Assembly: GCA_028534125.1 (NCBI GenBank)
Contig: CM052816.1
Span: forward strand, 76,262,001 to 76,326,000
Length of the DNA: 64,000 nt
Source of the DNA: Lama glama
Lineage: Eukaryota
Direction of reading: 5' to 3'
Below are positions 49,755 through 63,300 of this stretch, piece after piece. Made by a program: the position numbers and the translations under genes. Each line of letters opens with the position of its first letter. Positions within the stretch are counted from its first letter, which is position 1. Under the pieces are notes generated by a model that did no database searches, had not been told where the DNA came from, and worked only from the letters and a program-made list of their open reading frames with translations.

Positions 49755-49899
49755 AAGATCAGGAGTTAATGTGAAGAGAAATCAGAGCCTATCTTATGAT
49801 AACTTGCTAAGTCAGTTTCAGAGGCAAGAAATAAAACACAGGTGGGCCCTTATTCTTAATTCATTGGCTATATTTGGTTCAATGTTTTCTAATTCCATT

Positions 49900-50133
49900 C
49901 CAGTGTTTTCTGAAATGTAAGGAAGTTTTTCTCAAAGAGAAAGCTCTGTGATCAAGAAATGTGAGTCACATTGCATATTCTGTACATTTTCATATTCATG
50001 AAATATTAAAGAGCTCCTTCAGTAAAGAATCCTGTTTAATTTTACTTTATCCAACAAACACACAGTTTTTTTCTTTTTTGGCTTAGTTGTATCTGTTAAC
50101 ACTTTCCAGAACACAGCTTTCAGATGACACTCT
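49900..50133. mobile_element. hAT-Charlie family MITE
   Basis: cagtgttttctgaaatgt...atattaaagagctccttcagtaaagaatcctgtttaatttt...gaacacagctttc; CAG...CTG termini. Confidence 0.5.
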
Positions 50134-51064
50134 GCTGTGTACTGTGAAGTATGTGTGTGTAAGTGGTGAGTCGAAAATTACCAGCAGACTCATTCTCCAT
50201 TGGCTTACATACATTCTCATAGGTGAGAGGTATGCAGTAGTGAGCTAGCTGTTGCAGTGAGTGATTAGATGTGGAAATAGAATCAATATGTGTTTGGTTT
50301 CCATCACCCTTCCATCACTTACTATGACTCAGTTTGTTTAAAAATCATTTCACTGCTTTATTTTCTGGATTGTTACATAGAAGTGATCCAACCCAGCCTA
50401 ATGCTCAAGTAACAGGGTAGAAATATCCCACTGGAGAGTTGATCTCTTGTTTCACTTGTCATCACAGAGTAATTGACTATCTGAATGTGCACAACTATGG
50501 CATGTATCACTAAGGACCCAGGTGGTTGTCCTCAGTATGAAAGAGAACTTGAGCTCATATAAAATGCATAAGAAGCCTGCCTACTTCTCGTTTGTTCAAA
50601 ATGAATGGATCGTAATGTTCTTTTGCAAAAATCTTTTTTTTTATTCATAGGAAGTATCATTTGAATCAGCCATTATGTTCAGGAGAGTAGTTTCAAAAAA
50701 GATGCATTAGAACTGAAATATTCATTAACAGAGTAGGGAGCATCCATCTTTTGATGTATTCTGAATTTTTCACTGTGATTTTGATGTGGCTGTTAAGGAA
50801 TAAAATTGAATAACTCTTAATGTAGATTCCCACACCCTGGGTATAAATACGGGTAAGCTGATTTGGTCATTAAGTCAGTCCAACTTCAGTATTTGAAATC
50901 TAAGCGAGATGATTACGGAACTAACCATTACACCTATCTCTAACGCATGAGAAAAGAAAACAAAACAAAAAACAAAAACAAATTAAAGGCCTCAAAAAGA
51001 CCAAGACAGGAATTATTTTGTACACAAATCATGTAATATGTAAACCCTTTGTCCTGAAGAATTC

Positions 51065-51430
51065 TGTTATGGACTGAATGTTTGTATCACCTAAAATTCA
51101 TATGTTGAAATCTTAACTCCCAATGTGGTGGAATTAGAAGGCGGGGCTTTGGGGAGGTAATTAGGTTATGAGTACAAAGCCCTCACGAATAGGATTAGTG
51201 CCTCTGAAAAATAGACCCCAGAGAGCTCTCTTGCTCCTCTGCTGTGTGAGGACACAGCTAAAAAGATGGCCATCTGTGGGCTAGAAAGTGGTTCCTCACC
51301 AGACATGGGATCTGCTGGCACCTTGATTTTGGACTTTCCAGACTGCACAACTGTGGGAAATAAATTTATGTTGTTTATATAAGTCTCCTAGTCTATGGTA
51401 TTGTTATAGCAGCCTCAATGGACTAAGACA
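51065..51430 (+). mobile_element. MLT1A/MLT1A0-like MaLR solo LTR, full length (366 bp)
   Basis: TG...CA termini (tgttatggactgaatgtttg ... ggactaagaca), AATAAA near 51359, 5-bp TSD aattc/cattc. Confidence 0.9.
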
Positions 51431-52194
51431 CATTCTGAGTACTATTTGAGTGCAAATAAGGAAAATATTAAGGTGCTTTTCACATTTGCAATGGTGGTAT
51501 CATAATAGATGTCATCCTTTTTCACAGGCAAAGTCATGCACATAATTAGCATGATATGCAAGTAAATATGCTTGTGTATTAAAGAGATCTGCTAAAAGTG
51601 AAGTTGGAATCCAGCATTTGCAATTTAAGAAAAAGAGATTTTTTTTCTTTTGTTTCCAAGAGAAAAGATGAAGAAAAATTTCAACTGAATGGATCAGGGG
51701 AGAGTTTTATCAATTGCCTGGGTAATCTGTTTCAGGGTTATCAGATCAATGAAAATTTTAAGGCTAAGAAAAAGAACAAACAGTGAAAGCTTGCTATTTT
51801 GGTGCAGAAAAGGAGGAGATTTATATGGCTTTTTTTCTACTCTAAGACGTGATTTACTGTTTGATAATAGAGTATGGGAGCTTTATTGCTTCCATTTCCA
51901 AAGTTCTGCACCCTTGAAACAAACTTCCAAGCAATGCCTACTGCAGAGCTTTTTATATTAGTCAATGCGTTATTGACAACTAGTGTACAAAATAACTGGG
52001 TTGAACTGCTTGGCATGCTTCATAATAGTGTATTTACTTTTATCCAGCCATGTCTTGGAGCTGCTTCTTAAATCATTGGGAACCTGGGCAAGCAGTAGAC
52101 AGAAATCAAAGTTCCTTGATTTGGAATGTTACTTTTATGACTAGTTTCTTGTATTTCTATTCCTTTTTTTTGTTTGATTATTTATTAATTTGTT

Positions 52195-52470
52195 GATAAC
52201 TTATTTATTCATATAGTCCAACAAATATTTATTGAGGGACTATTTTGTACCAGTATTGTGCTAGGTCTTAAGGATCCAAAGAAGATAACATCTTTGACCT
52301 CTAATAGCTCCTAGTCTGGTAGGGGGCAGAGAAATGTACAGTTACTGGGCCACGTGAAAAGGGCTAAGACTGGGGAAATCACGGGGTACCCAGGGGTTAT
52401 ACTCAGGAGTTAACACATAATTCCAAGTAGTGGTATCAAGAAAAACTTTTCAGAGGAAGTGAGGAAAACC
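52195..52470 (-). mobile_element. L2 3' end
   Basis: tttattcat...caacaaatatttattgagggactattttgtaccagtattgtgctagg. Confidence 0.7.
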
Positions 52471-53999
52471 CCAAGCAAGCTGAGAGGGAAGCAAGAGGGG
52501 AGAGAAGCAAACTGGGAGAGAGGAGGAATGGTTACGCGGTTGGTGCAACAATCTAGGAGAGAATTGAACAGGGACTGAACCAGAGAAGAGAATGGAAATG
52601 GAAATGTGTTTTCCATTCAAAAGTCCTTGGTGACTGAGACATAGAGCCAGGTGGGGGGGAGGGGGCGAGGGAACGTTGTCAGGCAGACTAGATAAGAGCA
52701 AGGTGGCTCTCAGTTTGTCATGTAGAACATGACTCCAAGATCCATTTGATTTATTCATTATGGCTCCCCCAAAATGGCTCCAAGAATGCTGAGCTCAGCC
52801 ATGCTTCATGCTCCTTACAGAGACCTAATTAGAGTAAATTAGACTAATTCAGTTCTATAAACTGATCCAGTTCTATATCTGTGTTTATAAAAGACGCAGG
52901 AAGATGAATCATATTGAGAGCATGATGGTAATAAAGCTAAGTAAAGGGTGAAACTGAGTTATTTTAAAAATTGTCCTTAGCTAGTTACAGAAAGTCCAGT
53001 GGAAGAGTGTCTTTCCCTGCTTTGAAGACCAGAATTTCTATTGCAAAAGATATGATTGATCACATACTTTACATAACTTAAAATCCTTATCAAAGCTTTT
53101 CTATCTGGGCTTACCTAGAACTCCAGGCATAAAAAATAATATAACATAAAGATCTTTACAAAGGAGATGTCAGTTTTTCCTGAGATAATAAAGGGTCAGA
53201 TTTTGAATTAGTGATAACTGACGGAACATCTATGATCAGTACATCTTGCTAGGGAATTTTTTGGTCTGTTCTGGGCAGGTTTTAATCCGTGACTTGGCAA
53301 AATTCTTTATCTTAATCCATTTATCAGAGCAGCAGGGTGAGTGAAAGATCACTGAATTTATTTTTAAACGGTGGAGGAAGCCTCCCATATCCTTTATCTT
53401 GTTTGAGTTTGCGTTTGCTTCCAAAATGGACATTAGTATCATATTCTCACAAAAAAACTGCAGAACACTGTGTTCTAGTCAGAATTTAACAGAAGTATAA
53501 GAGTTACACAAAAATGTAACTGAAGGATTTCAATACAAAGTCATAGGATGTATGTGACAACAAGGTGAAATTGGCAAATATAATGTAGCAGAAGAGAAAA
53601 TTCAACTATCCTGTTAATGTGCACTTGTATTACTACAACCTTTCTATTGGGTGGCTAATTAAAAGCTGACTTGCATCCAACTGTACAAGAGATGTGTGGT
53701 TTGCCTTTGGCAACTGGCTCAAGTCATAAAGCAAGATTGTGATGCTGATGGGAACAGATTGTTCTGAGTCTCACAATAAGGTCTGCCCACTAAACTATCA
53801 TTGCTATGCAACTATCAATATTGTTTTGAAAATTAGTAAGAAAGAGTTTGATGCCATTAGTTATCCTGAATTAATTGTTATCTTGCTACATATTTTCTCA
53901 TCTGCTAAAAAAGATGTCGATGTTTTAGTATATCTCCATTGATTCAGTGTCATATATTTTGTCCTTAATACATGTTTACTGATGAACCAAGAAGGAAAA

Positions 54000-54155
54000 T
54001 ATTTAAACTTGTAGCCTTGAGAATTATAAATCCAGTATCTTTATTTTTACAAATGAGGAAACAGACATCCAGAAAGATGACTGATCTAAAATCATAGTGC
54101 TAGTAAGAGGGTTCTCGGCCACTAGACTAAGATTCCTGGAATCCAGACTTCTGCT
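54000..54155 (-). mobile_element. MIR
   Basis: ttttacaaatgaggaaacagac...tcatagtgctagtaag...gactaagattcctggaatccag. Confidence 0.65.
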
Positions 54156-54956
54156 TTTCCCCCTCCCCTCCTGCTCCTCCCCTTTATTCAATGCAGAAGG
54201 CCTGTTTCCTGCAACAGCGATAAAACATTACCCGCTATGCTGCTTTGAAACTAGAGTTTTTTCTTTTTTTTTTCTTTTTTTTGCCTTTGCATTGTTTCTG
54301 ATGACCCCAAAGAGCTCAGGGCCAGATTGGTTTCATGGCCATTTCTTTCTAATTAAGTTGGTAATATACCTACATTCCATGAATAATGGCAAAAGCCTAT
54401 ATAATCCTGTTCTCTATTAATGCTGCACATGTTTCCATAGTCTTTATCTCCTCAATCAGTCTGTAATGCTGTGGTCCATCATAAGTACACTGCAGTGTGG
54501 TTGACCTTCTTCAAGTGCTAAAGAGAAAGTCAAAGGTGAGCAAGTCCAAAGGAGTCCATATACAAGGTTGTGTGCAAACATCTAATCTTGGCATTCAAGG
54601 CTTTTAATAACCTTTTTACTGGGTCTATTCAGGTTTACCTTATATCAGACTTAAGGGACTTTTTGCTTCGAATGAAACAAATATTTTCAGAGTTTTTAAA
54701 TGTTAATTCATACCCACTTTCCTGTAGCCTACTCCTCACCCCACTTCATCCAATGAAAGTCCTTGCTCCTTTCATTTCATACTCTGAATCCAACAATTTA
54801 TACATGGTTCACATTGTCTGTATATTTTCCTGACTCAGTTATCTATATTTACCTCTTCTATCTTTGACATCCTTAAACACATTTTTCTCAGCACCACACT
54901 GACTGTTTCAGTGAGAGTATCTGATGGTTGTACCTGGTACTCAACTCTGTTTACAT

Positions 54957-54987
54957 AATCTATCTATCTATCTATCTATCTATCTAT
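54957..54987. repeat. (TATC)n tetranucleotide microsatellite
   Basis: About 7 units. Confidence 0.95.
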
Positions 54988-55074
54988 AATATATGTCTTA
55001 TTCTACAGCTAGTTTTCAGGTCTTTGAAAACAGGCTGGTGCTTTTTTGTCATCTGGTTTCTCCTTAGATGGGCC

Positions 55075-55470
55075 TGTGGTGTTAGGGTTATTCACATATG
55101 GTTCTTCTTCTTTTGGACATGTTGTAGGATTGTACTTTTTTAATCCCTTTAAAATTAGGCACAGCTTTATGACCTATTTTGGACAACGAAATGTGAGATA
55201 AGCGATATATGTCACTTCTAGGCATAAGCTTTAAGAGCCAGTGTGTGGTTTACTTCATTCCCATCCCCTGACATGATACTATGGAAACAGATATGAAGAT
55301 AGAATCTCCATCAGCTTGGACCCTTGAATGACTACACCATAGCGCTTACCATCAAACTGTGATGAATATGTACTCTTGAGTGAGAAATAAATGGTCCCTG
55401 TGATATGCCACTGAGATATGGGCATTCTTAGTTTCTGCAGCATAACTTATGGTATCCTATCTGATTGAAC
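55075..55470 (+). mobile_element. Old MaLR (MLT1H/J-like) solo LTR
   Basis: tgtgg...tgacctattttggacaacgaaatgtgag...tgtcacttct...tgagtgagaaataaa...gccactgagat...gcagcataac. Confidence 0.7.
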
Positions 55471-56274
55471 ATCCTAGATACATGTCATTCCTATAGTGGA
55501 TATCTAGGGAATATTTGCAGACTGAAGATTTAAAAGACTTAACTAGGTATTACAACTTATAATCCATTTTGGAAAAGTCGCAGTGATAACTAGTAAGCAT
55601 AATCAGGGATATCAGTGAGAAACTACCTGATATACAAAATAAAGCTTAATAATTTTTCTTAACTCTGATTGACCTCAGAAGAACTGAAAGAGTCTGGAAC
55701 AGCCTAAAGTTGCAAATACTTGATGTCTCAATTCCAGGAATATTCATTTCAAAGTCCAGTTAGGAAATGGGGAGGAAGTAAGAAAGGAAAAACTGGAAAA
55801 CTGGATGTTTTATAAAGTTGGCAAATTGTGTGACTGAACAAATTGAACAATTATTTAAAAAAATATTAGTCTTACAGTCTGAAATTTGCTTATACATTAT
55901 ATTTGTATGTATTTATACACTTAACACATACATATTATAAAGAGAAACTTGACAAAAAACAAAGGAGGCAGGCTGGCATGTGTTTTATGAAAATTACTTT
56001 TAGAAAGATGACTGGACAAAAAAAGGTAATGAGTTGGTTGTTCGCATAACTCATACAAAGACTGTAAGTAGCACCACCATGAGAAGTTTTGTCCTACTTG
56101 CAGCCATCTACAATTTATAAGTCATTTTCAAGGGAAAGTCATGGTGAAGTCCTTAGAAAATATATAAAACACTCAAATATCTTTTCAGTTCTTTGCACTT
56201 TCATCAGATAATTCATACAGTATTATTCCACAAATATTTGTTGCCAACATACTCTGTTTAAATAGTGTTCTAAA

Positions 56275-56433
56275 TTAGTTCTTCTTAAAGTTTAATGTAT
56301 ATCATAATTATGAGGGGATCTTGTTTAAATGCATATTAATATGCAGTGGGGTGGGGACTAAGATTCTGCATTTCTAACAAACTTCAAAATGATGTCAATG
56401 AAACTGGTATATAGGCCATGTTTTGAGAAGCAA
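56275..56433. mobile_element. MER5A-like hAT-Charlie MITE
   Basis: cttcttaaagtttaatgt...ggggatcttgtttaaatgca...ggggtggggactaagattctgcatttctaacaaac...ttttgagaagcaag. Confidence 0.8.
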
Positions 56434-57314
56434 GAGTTTGAGTTAAGCCTGTCAGGTTGCCATTTGTCTGCCTCAAAGGATTACTTCCCTTGGACCTCTG
56501 AGAGGTCAGAGCTCACTGGAGCCAATAGCTACTACCTGGGACTCTCATCAAGAGATCCTCAGAGAGTACCCAATGGTCATCTCATGCAGTTTGCATGGAA
56601 AGAGACATCCAGCACTGATGAATTTGCCCCCATCTCACTCAACCTGCCAAAGAGAAAATCTACTATCTGGACAATTAGCTAAGCGTTCTCTACTTATCAT
56701 GAACACAAGACCCATTGAATTGATGAAGAATATGTGTTCTCATACCGATGGAAAAAATATGCAGCTCAACTCACAGCCTATCATGGAAAGGGAAGCAAAG
56801 AAACCAGGTGAAGCCTTCACAGGAGTAGAGCACAAAGTGGTACCACTGAATATTGTCCTTGCATATGACAGACATTAATGCTCACTTGTGGCAAATATGT
56901 CCTTGCAACAGTAGCTTGGTTAGCTGAAGGTTGACTGTTCTGATGCTAGATATACATTCTCCAAATTAGAACTTTGTTCTGAAATACTGGATATGAGAAA
57001 GTTTGAACATTTGCATTAAAACAAGATATTCCAACATTATGTTTATTACTGAAAATAGGAAATGTCTGCTAGATACTATAAATATTTCTTCTGTTGCAAA
57101 ATTGTTACCTATTTTTGTGAAAAAGTTTCTCACTGAAACTTGGACACTTGGCTTGTCACAGGAAAAGAAAGACCAATGTGATTGCAACATTGTAGGCAAG
57201 AGGGAAGTGAAAGAGATGAGCTTGAAAAGATCAGCAGAGGTCTGATTGTGTGGGGACCACAGGAAGGAGTTCATTCTGAGCATGATGGGAAACTACCGAG
57301 GGCTTCACTGGGAG

Positions 57315-57560
57315 TGTGGCGGCATAAGGCAGGTGAAAGAGGCGTGGCCTCTGACGCCAGCCCGCTGTGAGCAGATCCCAACTCTGCTACTTCCTAGTTA
57401 CCTGATGATAGAAAAGTTTTTTCACTTCTCAATGTCTCAATTTTCTCACTGTAAAATATAGATCACAATAGCATCAACCTCATAGGGTTGCTGTGAGAAT
57501 TAAATGAGTTAATTTTTGTAGAGCATTTAGAACAGAGCTTGGCTGGAAGAGAAACGTTTT
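57315..57560 (+). mobile_element. MIR
   Basis: atcccaactctgctacttcctagtt...tctcaattttctcactgtaaaat...acctcatagggttgctgtgagaattaaatgagttaat...gcatttagaacag. Confidence 0.8.
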
Positions 57561-57779
57561 TTGTGTGTGTTAACTGAGATTTGCATTTAGTTGCTACTGC
57601 AACTACTGTCAGTTATCCTAGTTAAGGTTATCAAATGGTTTCAGCAAAAAAATAGGACACACTAGATAAAAATGTGCTAATTGACTTTTAAAATCAGGAT
57701 ATAGGTAGCTTACTGGCTAAATCTAAATGCCATTTCAGTGCAGCTTTTCTAAATTATATTTTTAAACATTTAAAAAATT

Positions 57780-57900
57780 GCTGTAGACAAGTATATCAAG
57801 TTCTTTTAGATGCTTTGTTTTGTTAAGTACCAAGAAGAAGATTTTCATCCTCAAGGAACTTATAATTTGGTTTAGGAGACAAGAAATAAACAGGTAACAA
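57780..57900 (-). mobile_element. L2 fragment
   Basis: catcctcaaggaacttataatttggtttaggagacaag. Confidence 0.45.
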
Positions 57901-59254
57901 TAATGCAAAAAGTCATCATAACCACACAAAAGATTAATTATAAAATAAGAAGTATAGCTATTGAGTGTTATAGTTACAGAGAAAAATATGCGGCAATGTG
58001 GTTCAGAGTCTGTTGTGAACATCGAACTTTCCACAGTACCTGCGGAGGGAAAATAAGGGGGTGAATGATAAGCAATGCAGCGTAATCAATACAAAATTAG
58101 ATAGCATTGGGAGAATGGTGTTCAGTAAAAAACAGCTCCCATTAAAAGTAGGAAATTTAGATTCCTTTTACTTACTTCTCAAAAAAATTGGCTTCCAAGT
58201 AAATAAAACATATATTAAAATGTGCCTATAAAATCCACTGCTCCCTTTTATTAATATCACAGTGTACTGCATGCATCACTCCATAATCATCCTTGTTTCT
58301 ATTCTCTCATTTTAGTTACATGTTCTTCTGAATATCGGTTATCCCTCCACCCCACTGTGCCCTTGCAGTCTTTTTACGTAGACCTACCTACTTTATTTGA
58401 TTCTTATCCTCACCCACTACCCAGCTCTGCACAACAGATTCCAATCAGTAAGATATAGTGTACAGAGTCTGATAACTGATGGGAAAAGATTTAAATAAAA
58501 AATGCAGAGATGAATTTTGAGCAAATCCCTTTTTTAAAATTAAAAAACATGTATAAGTTTTTAATATAATGCACAGGAAACCCTCTTGAAAATAGTTTTA
58601 CTTATATATCTGAGTTGAATCTCTTAAACCAGGTGATAATAGCAAAATATATTTTCAAAATATGTTGGAAATATTAAACTGTTTTTAATCCATGATAGTT
58701 GTTATTTTAAATTCTTACACGTGTTCTTGTTTGCCCTGATCGAATCCCATATTTGAGATTTTCGGGAGTGAAGCCTATATATGTTCATTGAAGCCCTGTA
58801 ATTGAATACAAATAGATAAACTCTTACTCTGTTTTGCCTTGCAGTTGTCTCTTCTCTGTATAAAAACATCTTTGCAACAAGTTTAATTATAATATCTTTT
58901 TAAAAGCAATGTAAACTGGAAAATAATTTATATTCTTTTCTAAAACATATCACTTTCTAAAAATATGTTAACTTTCTAGGATTTTGCCAGCATTGCTAAA
59001 CATATAAAGATTTTTGAATGGACTTTCATTTTGGATTCAAATGAAATATGGTAAATGTTAAATCATCACTTAACATTACTTTTTCCTGGATCAAAATAAG
59101 TTATTTTTGAAGAGGAAAAACTTATTCACAGTTGCTCACATAGTCATTTAAATGGAATCAGTGTAAATTAAATACTTGCAGAGAACTGAGTTTAGACTTT
59201 GTTAGATCTAAAAGTTTGATCTTTGTTAAAAATTCTAATTGTATTTAGACAAGA

Positions 59255-59435
59255 ATATAGGAAAACAGGTAGAATGAACACTTGAGAATTCAGGAGCCCT
59301 GTATTCTATTCTTAGCTGTTATAATAAAATATGTCTCACTAAAAAAGTTTTGGAATTATGTTTGGCCTCAGTTTTTCATCTCTAAATTGAGAACTAGACT
59401 GAAAGATCTTCACATTTCTTTCCATCTCTCTCACA
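59255..59435 (+). mobile_element. MIR (MIR3/MIRc-like)
   Basis: ggcctcagtttttcatctctaaattgagaactagactgaaagatct...ttccatctct. Confidence 0.55.
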
Positions 59436-60387
59436 GTCTGTGTATCAAAAGCAGAATGCTTTAAACTTTTTGCTCAGCACACTCAAGTCATGCTAAAATT
59501 AGCAGTGGCCTCATAATAGTCTATGGACAGTAGAGTGTGTTTGGATTCAACCAGAATATGCAGTTACAACTTAATTTAATTGCCAACTGTAGTTACATTC
59601 ATTGAAATAAAAGTTGCTCAGTTAGTTGCATAATTAGTTTAACTAAATATAATGCCAGTCAAAGCTATGTTTCATCAATAACACAACCCTCTGAAAATCA
59701 GGATAAAAGTATCATCTTCTTGAAGATGAGCCAGAAGCTTCATTACTAGCTCTATGTAGATTCAAATCCATAAGTTTGGGAAACATCACCCCCTTCTCTC
59801 TTTTTCTCTAAGCTTCACTGCCTCCTTTTCTTGCAGATTTTAAGGGTTTTACTATTTAAACCTAAATGGGGCATTTTGAATATTCTCCATATCATCCCAA
59901 CTTTCATCATTCCCCTTAATCCTTTTCTGTAAATTCTTATTTTTATAGTATCTATAATATTGCATACTGTATAGCTGTCTTTACTTTTCCTAACTGCTTG
60001 AAAACTATCATTATCATTAAGGTTCTCACCCCTTTGGTGAAATTCCTGATAATTCTGTTACTATTTTACCCTGCGTGTTATTAATTCTGACTCAGACTAA
60101 GAGGATCTATAAAAATGTCTCAGACTTATCGCACTCCCCACTCCACTTTAAAGCCTTTAATACGTGTCCCAGTGACTTTTAAAAATTCTTACATTTATCA
60201 TCCATTGAACAAATTCTGTTACCTTTGTATCTATGCATCATTTGTTTCACTTCTTAGTTTTCACTTGTATCATAAGAATATGTGTATTTTTTAAACTTTT
60301 CAATGAAACTTGGTATTCTTTGAAAGCAGGTGTATAACTCATTACCTTTATATCTAATTTCTATTATTTCCATTTACCCATGATCCC

Positions 60388-63300
60388 CTGGGCTCTTACT
60401 CTATTCCATTGATCTGTGTGTTTTTCTGCCAGTACCATACTGTACTTTAATTACTATAACTGTGTAGTGTAGTTTGAAATCAGAGAGCATGATTCCTCCA
60501 GCTCTGTCCTTCTTTCTCAAGATTGTTTTGGCTATTTGGAGTCCATAGTGTTTCCATACAAACTTTAGAATTATTTGTCCTAGTTCTGTGAAAAATACCT
60601 TGGTATTTTGATAGGAATTGTATTGAATCTATGGATTGTCTTGGGTAGTATGTCCATTCCAACAATATTAATTCTTTAAATTCTTTCATGAACATGGTGT
60701 ATGTTTCTGTTTGTGTCACCTTATATTTTGTTCACCAGTATCTTTAGTTTTCTGAATGCAAGTCTTTTACTTCTTTGGTTAAATTTATTCCCAGGTATTT
60801 TGTTCTTTTTGATGCTATTGTAAATGGGATTGTTTTCTTAATTTCCATGATAGTTTGTTGTCCATGTACAGAAATGCAACAGCATTCTGTGTATTAATTT
60901 TATCCTATAACCTACTGAATTTATTCGTTAGTTCTAATAGTTCTTTAGTGGTGGTGTCTCTAGGATTTTCTATATAGTACAATGTTGTCTGCAAACAGTG
61001 ACAGTTTTACTTCTTCGTTTCCAGCTTAGATTCTTTTTATTTCTTGTCTGATTGTTGTGGCTAGGGCTTCCAATACTATATTGAACAAAAGTGGTAAGAA
61101 TGGGTATCCTAATCTTCTTGATCTTAGAGGGAATTATTTCAGCCCTTCACCATTGAATATAAAGTTGGCTGCAGGTTTACTATATATGGCCTTCAATATT
61201 TTGAGGTATGTTCTCTCTATACCAACTTTGTGGTGTTTTTTAAATCATAATTGAATGTTGAATTTGTCAGAAGCTTTTTCTGCATCTATTGAGATGATCA
61301 TATAATCTTTATTCTTCAATTTGTTAACTTGGTGCATCATGTTGCTTGATCTGCCTTTATGGAACCATCCTTGCATCCCTAGGATAAATCACACTTGATC
61401 ATGTTGTCTAATTTGCTCTGTTGTTGAATTTGGTTTGATAATATTTTTTGATGATTTTTATATCATGTTCATCATGATATTGGGCTGTAATTTTCTCTTT
61501 TGTGCTGTCTTTGTCTGGTTTTGTAATCAGGGTGATGCTAGTCTTGTAGAGTGAGTTCAGAAGCATTCCTTCCTCTGCAACTTTTGGAATAGTTTGTGAA
61601 GAACAGGTGTTAAGTCTTCTAATACTTGATAGAATTCACCTGTGAAGGTGTCTTGTCCTAGGATTTTGTTTGTTGGGAGTTTTTTAAAATTATTATTACT
61701 GATTCAATTTCATTACTAGTAATCAGTCTGTTTACATTATCTGTTTCTTCCTGATTCAGTCTTGGGAGAGTCTACATTTCTAGGAATTTCTCCATATCTT
61801 CTAGGTTGTCCATTTTATTGTCAATTAATTTTTTGTAGTAATCTCTTTTGATACTTTATTTTTGTGGTGTCAGTTATAACTTCTCTTTAATTTGTTCCTG
61901 TGTATTTGGGCACTTTCTTTTTGTCTTGATGAGTCTGGCTAAAGGTTTATCAATTTTGTTTATCTTTTCAAAAAACAAACTCTTAGTTTATTTGATATTT
62001 TCTATTTTTTAAAATATTTTATTTCTTTCTTTCCTTCTTCTAACTTTGGGTTTTGTTTCTTCTTCTTTTTCTAGTTCTTTTAGGTGTAAGGTGTTTATTT
62101 GAGATTTTTCTTGTTGCATGAGATATGCTTGTATTGCTAGAAACTTTTTAGAACTGCTTTTGCTGAGTCCCATAGGTTTTGTATTATTGTGTTTTCATTT
62201 TTGCTTGTCTCCAAGTATTTTTTTATCTCCTCTTTGAGTTCTTCAGTTCCCCCATTGGTTTTTAGTAGCATATTATTTAGCCTCCACATTTTTGTGTTTT
62301 TGAAGTTTTTTTTTCTCTTGTGGTTGATTTTAGTCTCATAGCATTGTGGCCAGGAAAGATGCTTGATATAATTTCAGTCTTCTTAAGTTTATTGAAACTT
62401 GTTTGTGGCCTATCATGTGGCCTATCCTGAAGAATGTTCCATGTGCACTCAAAAAGAATGTGTATTATGCTGTTTTGGGGTGGAATGTTCTATATTATGT
62501 CATGCTTGTCTAAAATGTCTTTTAAGACCAATATTTTCTTATTTACTTTTTGTCTAGATAATCTGTCCAGTAGTAATAATTGAGATAAGTGGGAAATTAA
62601 AGTCCCCTGTTATTGTGTTACTGACAGTTTCTCCCTTTTATTTGTTAATATTCGCTCTATGTGTTTAAGTGCTTTTATATTAGGTGCATATATGTTTATA
62701 AGTGTTATATATTCTTGTTGGATTGATTCCTTAATCATTAAGTAATGGTCTTCTTTGTCTCTTATTACACTCTTTGTTTTAAAATCTATTTTTTTCTGAT
62801 GTAAGTATTGCTATCTCAGCTTTCTTTCATTTCGTTAGCATGGAATAATTTTTTCTACCCCCTCACTTTCAGTCTGTGTGTGTCTCTTTTAGACAAAGTT
62901 ATATGGGTCTTGTTTTTTATCCATTCAGCCACCCTATGTCTTTTGATTGGCACATTTAATCTATTTACATTTAAGGTAATAATTGATAGTATGTATCTAT
63001 TGCAATTGTATTAATTATTTCCAGGTTATTTTCTAGTTCTTTGTGTTTCTTTTTTCTTCCGTTGCTCTCTTACTTTGTGATTTGATGACTATACTTATTG
63101 TTGTGTTTGGTTTCCTTTCTATTTGTTTGTGTATATCTGCTATAGATTTTTGGTTTGTAGTTACCATGAGTTTTAGATTTAACAACCTACGTATATACGT
63201 GATTATTTTATGTTGATGGTCTCTTAAGTTCTAATATCTTTTAAAAACCTTGCATTTTTACTCTTCCCTCCATGTTTATTGTTTTTGGTATCATATTTTA

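Noticed and set aside
53279..53336. 58-nt plus-strand candidate exon ending AGG|GTGAGT
   Set aside because: Weak polypyrimidine tract and unrecognised peptide; indistinguishable from a pseudo-exon.
55560..56200. Possible ancient CR1/L3 relic
   Set aside because: Similarity too faint to support by eye; needs an HMM search.
56389..56878. Overlapping 97-aa and 101-aa ORFs (possible pseudogene)
   Set aside because: The first starts inside MER5A; I recognised no protein family and no processed-pseudogene hallmarks such as a tail or TSD.
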